The notes under the pieces: model-generated
The model's input: the letters and a program-made list of their open reading frames with translations, nothing else
The model's database searches: none
Told to the model about the DNA's origin: nothing
Position numbers and translations under genes: made by a program
NCBI GenBank assembly: GCA_002269645.1
Contig: NIVC01000327.1
Span: 124,001-188,000 of the forward strand
Length of the DNA: 64,000 nt
Direction of reading: 5' to 3'
Source: Macrostomum lignano
Taxonomy: Eukaryota
Part shown: positions 12,357 through 54,828 of the stretch, one piece after another
Layout: each line of letters opens with the position of its first letter
Numbering within the stretch: position 1 is the stretch's first letter

Positions 12357-13044
12357 CAGGGCACAGCATGATGACTTGGCAGTTAAAATCCGCTAGTCCA
12401 ATTTCTAGTTGAAAATCTCCTTGGAAAGACCTGAAAGATGGACAGATTGAGCCGAGCGTACTCCGAGACCCAGTCCCGTTTTATTGTTCCAAATCAAAAA
12501 CCCGCTTGCTGCATGAGTCTGGGGCTGAGTTGTAGTTAGCCATTAACCAACCACACAATGCTAACGTGTGTCCACTAACGGAAGTTTTTGCGCATTGGCT
12601 TAAGGAAAGTATTTTTTATTCAAGCTCAAATTCTCTCCTGCATTTCTGTAGACTCGCAGTTTTCTTTCTGTTATAAGTGCTGCTTCTAAAAGAAAAGAAA
12701 AAGAGGCACTCAGGTGTGCAGAAGAGCTAGAACAGAGTGAAAACACACGAGCTAAAAGGAGACGGGCCAGCCAACCAACTTAGCTGAGCTCTCCAGTTGT
12801 GGCCAGTCAAGCCATTGTAAAACCTGCCATCTCCCACCACCCCCCCCCCTAAAAACTCAGCTTTAAGAGGAGCTCAGCTAATTATGAATTATTAATCGTT
12901 AGGCCAACGCTTTCCTTCCACCCATCTCTGTCCCAACTTGCTGCTGCTGCTACTCCCGGACTACAAAATTGATTACAAAAATGTTTTACCGCGGCTAGTC
13001 CAGTCTGTCCCCGCTTACCTGCTTCTCCGGATCTGCTTGGAAGT

Positions 13045-13979
13045 ATGAAAGCCAACGATGATGAGGAACCAAGCGCTGAGGCTGCAGAGGACGAAGCGCG
13101 ATCACCCACGCTGAGTCCGCGAAAGTCGCTGGTCCTGGAACAGGTGCGCGCAGCGACTGCAGCTGCTGCCTGCCCAGTTCTTAGCGAAGTTCAGCGACTC
13201 CTACCGAAAGGATTTCCTCAGCCGGACGCTTCTGATGTTCGGCAGTTTCACCTGGCTATTCAGGACCACTGCTGGCGCCTGGTGCACCGCCTCGCGGCCC
13301 AGTATCCCACAATTGTGCTGCACCATCACTTCGACGAGCCGCCTCTGATCTGCGCAATCCGTAGCGGTTGGGAGGACATGGCGCTCTTCCTGGTGCAGCA
13401 CGGAGCCTCTGTACGCTGCTCTAAGATGCTCTTCGACAGTCGTCCGGCTGAGCAGCCGAACTCAACGCCAAGTTACGACTGGTACGAAGTGTCCGCTAGG
13501 GAGTTGGCGTACGAGAAACGAATGTTGGAACTATTGGAGATTTTGGACTATTTGACTGGGAACTACTTTGCCTACTTGAAGCCGCCTGTCATTGCTGTGA
13601 GTTGATCTTCTACTAAACTAGAAGTATAAAACAGATTTTACTACTAGAGCTAAGTAAACAGTAATAATAATAATGACACCTGTCCGAATGGCTAGATGTG
13701 CAACCGAAAGCTCAGCCGGAGCTATTGCGCGGGGGCTAATGCTAGCACCCATTTTACAGCTGGGTCAACTGAATCAATGCAGAGTTAAGTTGTCTTGCTC
13801 AAGGACACAAATTGTACCGAATGGATCGAGAATCGAACCCCCGACCTTCAAGTAGTGAGTCCGACGCTCTAAATCACTTAGGCTACAACAGTAACAAAGT
13901 TAACAAAGACCTTCACTAAGACGGCAGGCGATATCAAATCGTCGTTTATCTACTCTTTTTCTCTCTTTCTCTCTCCCTC

Positions 13980-14042
<63 letters not shown>

Positions 14043-14774
14043 AATTGATTATCAACATGACAGCAGCCCCGCCCCGTCTTGGACTTGGACTACTCAGACC
14101 TCCCTTGTTGAGTGGTACAGAAGAATGAGAAGGGGGATCGTGAACATTCTGAAGGAAACTTATTACTAGCCTTTCATTGCTGAATCATATCTGCATGACT
14201 GGCGTCAGCTGCGTTTGCAATCAACAAAGGTTTTTATTACCCCCTCCCCTAATAAACTAGCTAGTAGTAATAACTAGGCTTTTCTTTGACAAGGGACTAT
14301 GGAGCTCATTATAAAAATGACAGACAGAACGAAAGATATTGTTGCAATACTCGGTGTGCGACTGTAGCTGAGACACTGATCATGTGAGACTGACTGTAGG
14401 TGAGACACTGATCATGTGAGACTGTAGATGAGACACTCATGTGCGAGTGCAGGTGAAATATTATGTTATGAATGGAATTCGATAAGACCAGTGGACAAGA
14501 ATCGGTAAGATGTTAAGGAGATAGGCAAATGACACTGCTGTATCAAACTGATGAGTTTGAATAACCCGGTAATGGCGGACCCATTTAACCCCTCCTCCCA
14601 ACACTGCAGCTTCGAATGCTTCGACCGCAGAAGTTCCCGGATCCGTTCGAAGATTGCTTCGAAATTCCATTGGATTTTTTCACCGAATTCTACGTGAAAC
14701 CGCCGGATAAAAAGCCAGTCAAAGCTCTTAGAAGAAAGAAGAAAGTTCCAGCAAAGATTGTCCAACCAAAATGA
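13045..14774 (+). CDS. Short ankyrin-repeat protein (~231 aa, 2 exons) with basic C-terminus
   Basis: Exon 1 13045-13596 has ankyrin-like helices (FHLAIQDHCWRLVHRL; PPLICAIRSGWEDMALFLVQHGASV; SARELAYEK) and ends at GCT|GTGAGT. A phase-0 acceptor CGACCGCAG at 14630 opens exon 2 14631-14774 (KFPDPFEDCFEIPLDFF...KKPVKALRRKKKVPAKIVQPK*). Exon 2 is inferred from splice signals only. Confidence 0.7.
13663..13889 (-). mobile_element. tRNA-derived CORE-type SINE, copy 1
   Basis: On the - strand: tRNA-like head (GTAGCCTAAGTG...GGTTCGATTC B box), core GTGTCCTTGAGCAAGACAACTTAACTCTGC...CCCAGCTGTAAAATGGG, 3' GGTTGCACATCT, (ATT)n tail. Possible TSD AACAGTAA at 13657 and 13887. Confidence 0.85.
13965..14039. 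repeat. (CT)n microsatellite (ankyrin gene intron)
   Basis: Direct inspection. Confidence 0.95.
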
Positions 14775-14933
14775 CGCGGCCCGACGGAAAGGCTGCAGCA
14801 AAATTTGCAATTTTTACCAAGAAAGAATATTTTTGCTTTGATTTTGTTTACTGCATTTCAACTTCCTCCCCCCCGTTCATTCAAGTACAACTGTCCTTTG
14901 CACTAATCAGCTGTTGGATGTTGTTAACTAGAA

Positions 14934-14939
14934 AATAAA
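14934..14939 (+). terminator. Candidate polyadenylation signal of the ankyrin gene
   Basis: AATAAA 160 nt after the inferred stop. Confidence 0.4.
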
Positions 14940-15294
14940 ATGCGCTTTTTCTGCAGTATCAGCCAACGAAATTATCTAAAATAGGAAACCGAACAGCAGT
15001 TATTATTTTGAGGACAAGTTTTTGCATTTTAGAATGAGCTGATTCTTTAACGAAAGAACAGTTCACTTTAGGTTCAGAGCAAAAGTTTTTATGGCATTGA
15101 CTATAGTCGCAGTCACAGTTTTATAAGACCGCTCTTTGCTGCGAAAATTTATTATCTTATCAAAATTTTGCAGTTTTCTAAAACAAAGTCTCAGATTCTA
15201 TATAAGCTCGAGATTCTTAGAGCCTTTTTCTAATTCCTGCTTGTCTTTGGTGACATTTTTGATCTGATATTCTTGTTTCAAAGCAACTAGAATC

Positions 15295-15920
15295 ATGCGC
15301 GCAAACAGTCTACTTACAACAGCAGTAGTATCCTGCTTGCTTCTATCGATACCACCGGCATCCGCTCATCCGGCGTCACACCTGAGCGGCGCAGCGGACC
15401 CGCCGGCTGCAGAGTCGTCAGGCACAAGCGTGAACATCATTCACGTGAACCCATTGCAAATCGAGCGAGATCTGAGAGACTTCGACACAGCCATTGTGTT
15501 TTACTACGTTGAATATTGTCCGGTGTGCACTCAGCTGAGGCCCGTGTACGCCAAGGCCAGCTACCTGCTCCAGCAGCAACAGCTGGACGAAGCGTTGGAC
15601 GGTGAAGCATCTTCGACGCGTCGGGTTCTGGCTGCGGTTAATTGCGGAGCGAATGCTCGTAAGTACTACTGAGTTGGACACTCTATAGTCAGTAGTGCTT
15701 GTGTGCTTGGGTGTAGCTAAATGAAAACTTAGGAAAAGCTGACATGTCGCTTTTGACATGTAACCGCATGGCAATCTTCCCACCCACAGGGAGCTGCATT
15801 CGAACCGGTGTCACCAGAGTTCCCCTGTTCAAACGATTTCGCAACGGCGGACGAATTAGCGAAGTACTCAAATATCCACGAGTTAATGCCCAGATGCTAC
15901 TGGCAGCAGTCAATGCCTAA
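15295..15920 (+). CDS. Signal-peptide, single thioredoxin/PDI-like domain protein (164 aa, CPVC active site)
   Basis: Exon 1 15295-15658 (hydrophobic signal peptide, VFYYVEYCPVC, AAVNC; donor C|GTAAG). Exon 2 15790-15920 (acceptor CCCACAG; RSCIRTGVTRVPLFKRFRNGG...VNA*). Phases match and the join restores the Trx-fold pattern VNC..C...GV...P...F.NG. Confidence 0.88.
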
Positions 15921-18313
15921 GTAGTAGAGATGGCTTATTGTAATCGATTTTTTTACTTTTGACAGAAATCTGAATATTTGAGTGAACACTTAAAAGGCCA
16001 AAAGTTTGGATAGATCTTATTGTTCGTGACATTCGATTAATATTGAAATTAAATGCGATACATTAGGTTTAAAGTAGTACCTTTGAATATGAAATCTAAC
16101 TAGGTTTCCAGTTAATCAAATCAATGAAAAATATTTATTTATATCATCATATGAAACTACCGATGTGTGTCTCAAAAGTTTGACCAATTTTGATGTTTCA
16201 TGTCTCAAACTAAAGTTAATTTTTCAACTAAAATGCTTGTCATTTGAATTTTCTTTCTATCTAGTTGAAAAGGTAAAAGTACATAAAAGGATCTAAACAC
16301 AGTTTTGTTATAGTCAACGAAACTTTTAAAAATTCGTTCACTCGTTGCCTTTATCGAATCGATCGATGGTAAACATAGGCTCTGGTAGTTCTTAGCTACA
16401 TTGTACAAGGTTAATCGACTAATTTAGTAGTTGCTTTTACTTTGAAATCTGAGAAGGCCTCTTAAATCCTCTTCATTTGGAAGTTTGACGGCACTTGAAC
16501 TTTTCCTGTTGTATGACATTTTAGGGACTGCTAACAACACGTAGCTATAGGAAACGAAACAGAGAGTCAACCCATTTTTTTCAAGTCAAATGCTAGAAGA
16601 AATCTTTAGCTAAGAAGTTTCTAGCGAACATGCCTGTCAGGCTTGCGTTGTGAGTACAACTGCTCAGCAGCCAAACTTAACCACAATGCTCAGTGGTTCA
16701 GTATTTGCTTTGGTCTCAACCGTCTCCGCGTAGAGCTGAGCTTGCACTTTGAAATATTATCCTTTCTCCTCAGAGGCTACATATATATAGCTACCAGGTA
16801 GCTGCTAAGCAGCTTGAGCGAAATCCATCTTCTTCCCATTGTCTTTCCTACACGAGCTGGCTGTGTTAACAAAAGGAGCTGGCGAGTACAAACGCCTCTC
16901 TGAGCCCATATTGACACTTGAGGATGCGCATGCAGCTGTGTCAAAGTGGGTTGAGTTTGGTAAGTCTAGCATGCAGATAAAGCATTGCTTGCGTAACAAC
17001 AACCGCAAACGTAAATTTGTCAAGTCAAATTTGTCAGCACTTTTGTTTGGTTTAGAGTTCTCTCCAGGCTTAAGTTGATGTTTAATTTCAATCTAAGAAG
17101 GATTATTTATCCATTTTAGTCCTGTTTGAATTCATGTCTGGTGCGTGACAAATGCCGGAGACCGTGTAAGAAGCAAGAACGGCTGGCTTGTCTGGCAAAA
17201 GTTCATCATTCCTAGAAAGTGTGTGACCCGTGCAAGAATGGTTAATTTCCTGTTCAACAAAGCGGAAACATCAAATGGCACTTGATCTCTGTGTTAGTCT
17301 TGTCCGATAAACTAATGCACCCCATTTACTGCGGCGATGTAATCATACTGTAGATTAATGTACTAAAAAATCATTAGAAGTGTTGGAAAAACAAGGGATT
17401 CTTCTTCCGGTTCATGACAAATCGTACAATTCATTTTTGAATTCAATTTCATCCAGCGTATACTCACTACTAGAGTTGGAGGAAATTAACTCAATTTCAC
17501 TTAACGTACATGTATACATGAACTAAAGCTGTTTATTGTGTCCAATGTAATAGCATATTGTTACTGCACGGGCCTAAGAGCTTAAGACGCGAACTTCTTG
17601 AAGCGCGCATAAACTTTAAACTTTAGATTTGCAATTTTCGACAAAGTTTCGAGTGAATGGCTACAACTCGAGTGAACTTCTAGTTGAAAGTTAACTGATA
17701 TAAAAAAATCTAGTTCGGCAAAGATCTCGGCTAACTGCAGCTGGTGAAATGTACAACCACAATAGCCCACTTACACCAATCTTTATATACTTTTTACTTT
17801 GTAACATGCATTTCGCGGATGCCATTTGTTACGCAACACTTTCAGTGCGCTCTTGTGCCGCCTCTAAAAGCAATTGTTACAAGCAAAAATTTTATGACAC
17901 TTTGCGCTTCGGAAGGCGTCCCCTTAAAAGAGTCACCTTTCAAAATCCAAACGCTAAAACTGTAGCAAAAAATTAAAACAAAGGCACGAGACAAACTGCT
18001 TTAATAAGCAGGATTTTTGACTGCTCCGAGTAGTTGATGCTGAGAATTGCCTTTAAATTAAATTATTATTTGTTGTCACATTTTTAGTCCAAAGCTTACT
18101 TGGCTTGTCAAATAGGAGCTCAAAACTAACAAAATACCAGGTAGGACTTCCGAGAAAGCATGCAAGCGATGCTCTTGCTTGGATTAAAAAATGAAGGTCA
18201 GGATTATAATGAGTCAAGGGTGAGGGTTGGGTTTGGTCTCGAGTTTGTCTCTCTCTGTCTCCCTTTGGATTCGGTTCTCCAGAACTCTTTTAGAAGCTGT
18301 TTAGTCCGAGCAT

Positions 18314-18664
18314 TTACCGTTTGCCCATCCTGACGAAAGAGGCGCGCTTCTTCTTGCCCATCCTGACATAGGAGGCGCGCTTCTTCTTGCCCATCCTGAC
18401 ATAAGAGGCGCGCTTCTTCTTGCCCATCCTGACGAAGGAGGCGCGCTTATCAACGCCGTGACTATCGGCCTCGTTGGTCATCACGTCGAGCAAGTTGACA
18501 GTCATTTTCAGGGTGACGGCGGCGCACTCATCGACACAGTCTGGTCGCGCGGCCAGCTCCGCGCGGCTCATGCAGACGTCGATAGTGTCGAGCTCGCAAG
18601 CGTGCAGGCTGGTGCACAAGATGACCAGCAGAAGAACCAGCGACGAAATTTGCGACAGAGACAT
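18314..18664 (-). CDS. Neuropeptide prohormone (116 aa): 2x ASFVRMamide and 2x ASYVRMamide, FVRIamide/flatworm NPP-1-like
   Basis: Signal peptide (MSLSQISSLVLLLVILCTSLHA), 4-Cys pro-region, then KR-ASFVRMG-KKKR-ASYVRMG-KKKR-ASYVRMG-KKKR-ASFVRMG-KR*, i.e. basic cleavage sites with Gly amide donors. Differences between the 33-nt repeat units are synonymous (TCC/TCT, AAG/AAA, CGC/CGG) or conservative (F/Y). Confidence 0.93.
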   Translation of the reverse strand: MSLSQISSLVLLLVILCTSLHACELDTIDVCMSRAELAARPDCVDECAAVTLKMTVNLLDVMTNEADSHGVDKRASFVRMGKKKRASYVRMGKKKRASYVRMGKKKRASFVRMGKR

Positions 18665-19523
18665 CCCGGATAAGTTCCTGGCGGTAAGTTTCGTCAGTTG
18701 GTTGGTTCAAGAAAATTAGTGCAGGCTATAAAAAATTCAATAGACATATTTATTTTGCAGTGATTTTAACAAATTATGACAACCAAACTTTTCTGTAGTT
18801 TAAATCGGTCGATGAATTTGCATATTATATTGAATTAAAAGTAATAAAAATTTATTTTTCATTATTATCTCAAAGTGAAAGACAAACCTGACTTTGGCGC
18901 GTTAATTAGTTTTAAAATTGTTAGTTTTATGCCGGATGTTGTCGGTGCAGCGTGAATACAGAAAAAATAAATCCGATGCAGACCACGCCGGCTCTCGCAG
19001 TGTAAAAATTTGAACTCAAAATTTTTGTTTAACTTAATTGGAAAAATTTTAGATTTTAATGCCATGCAGTGTCGCTAATGAAGTGTCAATTTCACTCAGC
19101 ATATGCTCAGGTCTCTCAGCTAGTTTGCATGTTTGCTTAACCTCACACTGAAGAAGCTTTAGACTTAAGCGTAAGCCTTATAGTGACAAAGCCATTGATC
19201 GATTGGGATGCTGTGTATTTTGCGTCGCTAAACTGAAGAATAAAATTTCACGTTCACCTGCTCAAATAAGAATTTTTTAAAGGAACGGTTTCAATGTTTG
19301 AAAAGTTCTTCAAATACGCACAGACAGCCCCCTATCGAGTTTCATGTCAAAAGTAAATTTTGAGCAACTTGAGCTCTCCTCGCTTTTTGTCAAACATTCC
19401 CTATCGCCTTTTTTACAAGCCACTCCACCAGTTACCCAAGCGCGTGAAGTTGTGCTTCTAAAATTCTACTCTGGAAAGCAGTCATCGAGCAGTACCAATC
19501 AATACAGGTATTGTAGAAAACTA

Positions 19524-19797
19524 GGGGTTTGTAGCCTAGTGAGGGGCTGTAGACTAGAGGTTATAGAGCGTCGGACTCCCGACTGGAAGGTTGTGGGTTC
19601 GATTCTTGACCCACAACTCGGAACAATTTGTGTCCTTGAGCAAGACAACTTAACTCTGCATTGCTTCAGTTCACCCAGCTGTAAAATTGAGGGTGTGCGT
19701 GGCGACCGCCCCCCCCCCTTCCAGTCTTGGACCGAACAGCCGTCGGTTGCACATCTGCCCATAAGGACAAGTGTAATAAATAATTATTATTATCATT
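19524..19797 (+). mobile_element. tRNA-derived CORE-type SINE, copy 2 (duplicated 5' head)
   Basis: GTAGCCTAGTGAGGGGCTGTAGACTAGAGG head, B box GGTTCGATTC, same core and GGTTGCACATCT 3' end, AT-rich tail. Confidence 0.85.
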
Positions 19798-20544
19798 ACC
19801 ATTGGAATACATCAAAGCGGATCAAGTCAGCTAGAAGATCAACAAGTTCAGGAGAACCTTGCTAACTACTTGCGTAAATTTAAAGCATTCCGAAGGCCTT
19901 TATAGTTCTCTCGCTATTTTTTGGGTTGCCTTCATCATTTTTCATTTCTCTGCTAATTCAAGATGCCGGCCTGACATCAAGTGGAGAGCTGAGAAAGAGG
20001 AAGAAATATGCTTGAAATTCGACTTGAGCTCTGAGCTTCACACAAAAATGGGAAGAAATGGTTGCCTGCTGCATTTTGCTTTTTTGCGTCGAAAAATTCC
20101 CAAAAAAATAAAGATTTTCCCAGTTATATTTTCTTCAAATTGTTTCTTCAGCAGTTTCTCAAGTTTCCTTGCGGATTTGGGCGAAAAAGAATAATGGGAT
20201 TTTAATCCCACGGCTTACCTTTTCGGATTTCCCAAACGGAATCTTTAATCTGTCAGAGAGGATTTGGTTGAGTTTTGTTTTCAATGGAAAAAATCTTAAT
20301 TGAGTGCTGCTAACGCCTTGCTGTGCAGTGATGGAGCGCCGAGTGGATTAGCAAAGAGGCTGGGGCTCGGGCTGCTCAGGCTTGGTTTAAATATTTTCTT
20401 CGTTTCTGACTGCCCACGCCAAGCAGCCTCTTTTGGCTCTGGCTCGCGGTTGGCTGGGATGGGGAATCGCTTTGAATTGCTGTCTTTACGGACTACTATT
20501 GGCCTGGTGATCGGTCGTCTCTTTTGCTTGCTAGATTGAAGCAC

Positions 20545-21205
20545 TAAAGCCCTGGTGCTAAAGTCCTGGTGCTGGCGCCCCTGGTGCTAAAGCCCCTTGG
20601 TGCTGGCGCCCCTGGTGCTAAAGCCCCTTGGTGCTAAAGTCCTGGTGCTGGCGCCCCTGGTGCTAAAGCCCCTTGGTGCTGGCGCCCCTGGTGCTGGCGC
20701 CCCTGGTGCTGGCGCCCCTGGTGCTGGCGCCCCTGGTGCTAAAGTCCTGGTGTTGGCGCCCTTGGTGCTAAAGTCCTGGTGTTGGCGCCCTTGGTGCTAA
20801 AGCCCTTGGTGCTAAAGCCCTTGGTGCTAAAGCCCCTTGGTGCTAAAGCCCTGGTGCTAAAGCCCCTGGTGCTAAAGCCCCTGGTGCTAAAGCCCCTGGT
20901 GCTGGCGCCCCTGGTGCTAAAGCCCCTGGTGCTAAAGCCCCTGGTGCTAAAGCCCCTGGTGCTAAAGCCCCTGGTGCTGGCGCCCCTGGTGCTAAAGCCC
21001 CTGGTGCTGGCGCCCCTGGTGCTGGCGCCCCTGGTGCTGGCGCCCCTGGTGCTGGCGCCCCTTGGTGCTAAAGCCCTTGGTGCTAAAGCCCTGGTGCTAA
21101 AGCCCCTGGTGCTAAAGCCCCCTGGTGCTAAAGCCCCCTGGTGCTGGCGCCCCTGGTGCTAAAGCCCCTGGTGCTAAAGCCTCTGATGCTAAAGCCCCTG
21201 GTGTG
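20545..21205 (+). repeat. Third copy of the 15-nt CTGGTGCTAAAGCCC / CTGGTGCTGGCGCCC array
   Basis: Same unit as 6975-7500, with different flanks. Confidence 0.92.
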
Positions 21206-21629
21206 GAATCCAGAAAGGCTTTGATCCCAGCGACCCAAAGTTGTCCCAACTATATTTACCCGACAAGGCTAAGTCTATGAATAATTTTGCCACTGAGTGT
21301 GCGGGATGTGTAGGCGCTGGAAGTAAACGATGCCGAGTTTTGACGTCTTCCTAGCGACTGAGTTTGGAACCCTTAGACAAATCGAATCAAGCGCTATAAA
21401 CTACTTACTAAGCATATATAATGTATTGGTAGACTTAAGTAGCCCGTAAATCAATCAATCCATCAATCAATCATGTCCTTCACTGTGTTGCTAGGAGGAT
21501 AGAGTTGAGGCTGAAATAATTTTGGCAACAACTTGGGCCAGGAATCAGATTTCAGGTAAGTAGTATGTCTCACTGTTGCATTGCAGATCAGCTAGGTTGT
21601 TGCACTTTTATTAATGACAACTTTTTTGG

Positions 21630-22010
21630 TTGCTATGGGAGATAGCACAGTTGCTATGTGAGATAACTTTGTTGCTATGGTAGATTACGATGTAGCTCGT
21701 ATGTAGGTGCTTTGGGAGATTATGTAGTTGCTATGGGAGATTATGTAGTTGCTATGGGAAATTATGTAGTGGCTTTGGGAGATAATGTAGTTGCTATGGG
21801 AGATATTGTAGTTGCTATGGGAGTTAATTTAGTTGTTATGTGAGATTATGTAGTTGCTTTGGGAGATAATTTAGTTGCTATGGTAGATAATGTAGCTGCT
21901 TTGGGAGATAATGTAGTTGCTATGGGAAATAATGTAGTTGCTATGGTAGATAATATAGTTGCTATGGGAGATAATGTAGTTGCTAGGGGAGATGAGTTAG
22001 TTGCTATGCT
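21630..22010. repeat. Tandem array, 21-nt GTTGCTATGGGAGATAATGTA, upstream of slit
   Basis: Direct inspection. Confidence 0.9.
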
Positions 22011-22466
22011 ATTTTTGCTACTATAATATACGGACATCACAATAAAAGTTTGTTTTACTTTCGTATAACAAAAAATAGCCGAATATTATAAAAACATTTT
22101 AAATATACTACTCAACTTAATCAACTGAGTAGTATCGTATGAAAACAGCATTAAGATGGATTTTAGAAAACAGCAAATTTAGAATTGTATATATTCTAAC
22201 CAACCAATAGAATGCCGGCAATCCTGGACAAATAAGCACGAAGCACGAACTGCAGATATAATAGAGAGGAAAATGAAATTGCAAGAACAGCAGAGAACAA
22301 GGGGGTCTCCTAGAAGAAACCAACACAGCTGCATAATTGCTTCCTTGCACGTTACAGCTAACAGCCTTGAAGCAATTAAGTAATAAACAGATAAATAAAT
22401 CAAAAACTTAAATTTTTGTTTTGTTGTTGAAACTAACTTCCTCGGGTCAAAGACCCTTCGATCAGT

Positions 22467-53911
<31,445 letters not shown>

Positions 53912-54822
53912 TTGGCTGGGCTGGGGCTGGGTGATGTGTTGAACAAACTGAAACTTGGACACAGCGGAACGCGGCGGAGTGGAGTGAGGTGGGGGAGCAG
54001 CCCGTTTAGGCCATAAAAGCAGGGCTGGGTTAAGGAGTTTTTATGACTTCCACCCCAACCTCCTCCTTACTCAGACTAAACTCTCTTACCTTATATGTAC
54101 ATTTAATGTACACTTAGCCAGATACCCTCTCCACCTCCGCCGCTCGCTCTGGCTAATAATATAATCGATAAGCGATAAGTCGCTTTAATCATATAATTAT
54201 CCTGAACTTGTGTACAAAAACGCCACATTAACAACATAAAAACTTGCTGGCAGATAGTTATTGCACTGTCTCTTTGTTTGTCTGAACCTTAAAGTCGGAA
54301 ACAGCAAGCTTTCGCTTTATAATTATGGTTTAAATGAATCATGAGTTGGACAACCCAATGTTGCATTATTTTGTTTATCTATCTTATCGTCACATGCTTA
54401 AGCTGTTTGTTTTGTTTTTTAAAAAATCGGCAAATTATTGCGTTTAAAACGATATTTTTGTTCCCTTTCCCTTTCCTTGGTACGTGTCTGTTTTAACAAA
54501 ACGAAACTTAAAAAATCTTTCTCTTTATCATTAAATCATGAATTTGCTAGACAAAAAACAGTTTTTGTTTGTTTCTTTTTGCGCAAAATTTTTATACCAT
54601 TTTGCATCATCATTTGCTACTATTGCAAGTAGGCAGCTTCGAGCATCGATTTTGAGAAGTTTGTAGATTTTTGCTTTTTGCGTCTCGATATCTAAGTTTG
54701 TTGTGTCTTTTCGCAAGACCCACCCCTCTTGTTTGAGAGACGCTGCCCTCCATTTCTGTTGCCTTTGACCCTAATCTATATATGCTTATCCGCCCTAAGT
54801 TTCTGTTAACAGCAAAACCTGC

Positions 54823-54828
54823 AATAAA
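54823..54828 (+). terminator. Candidate polyadenylation signal of slit (second AATAAA at 55014-55019)
   Basis: AATAAA ~0.9 kb after the stop, following an AT-rich UTR-like region. Confidence 0.4.

Noticed and set aside
14548-14554. Hammerhead ribozyme core CTGATGA (also at 11417)
   Set aside because: No stem II followed by GAAA or compatible stems I/III; at 14548 it is just the loop of a TCAAAC/GTTTGA palindrome.
16839-17078. 79-aa ORF with a possible donor (TTTG|GTAAG, ~16960)
   Set aside because: In-frame stop shortly upstream, no convincing acceptor or partner exons, no recognisable domain; could be a degraded relic.
18314-18664. Neighbouring GPCR as the receptor for the AS(F/Y)VRMamide peptides
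   Set aside because: The receptor looks GnRH/corazonin-type, and those ligands are pGlu-blocked peptides unlike FVRIamides; 12-kb proximity alone is not evidence.
20296-20544. Overlapping ORFs next to the 15-mer array
   Set aside because: No recognisable motif or splice context.
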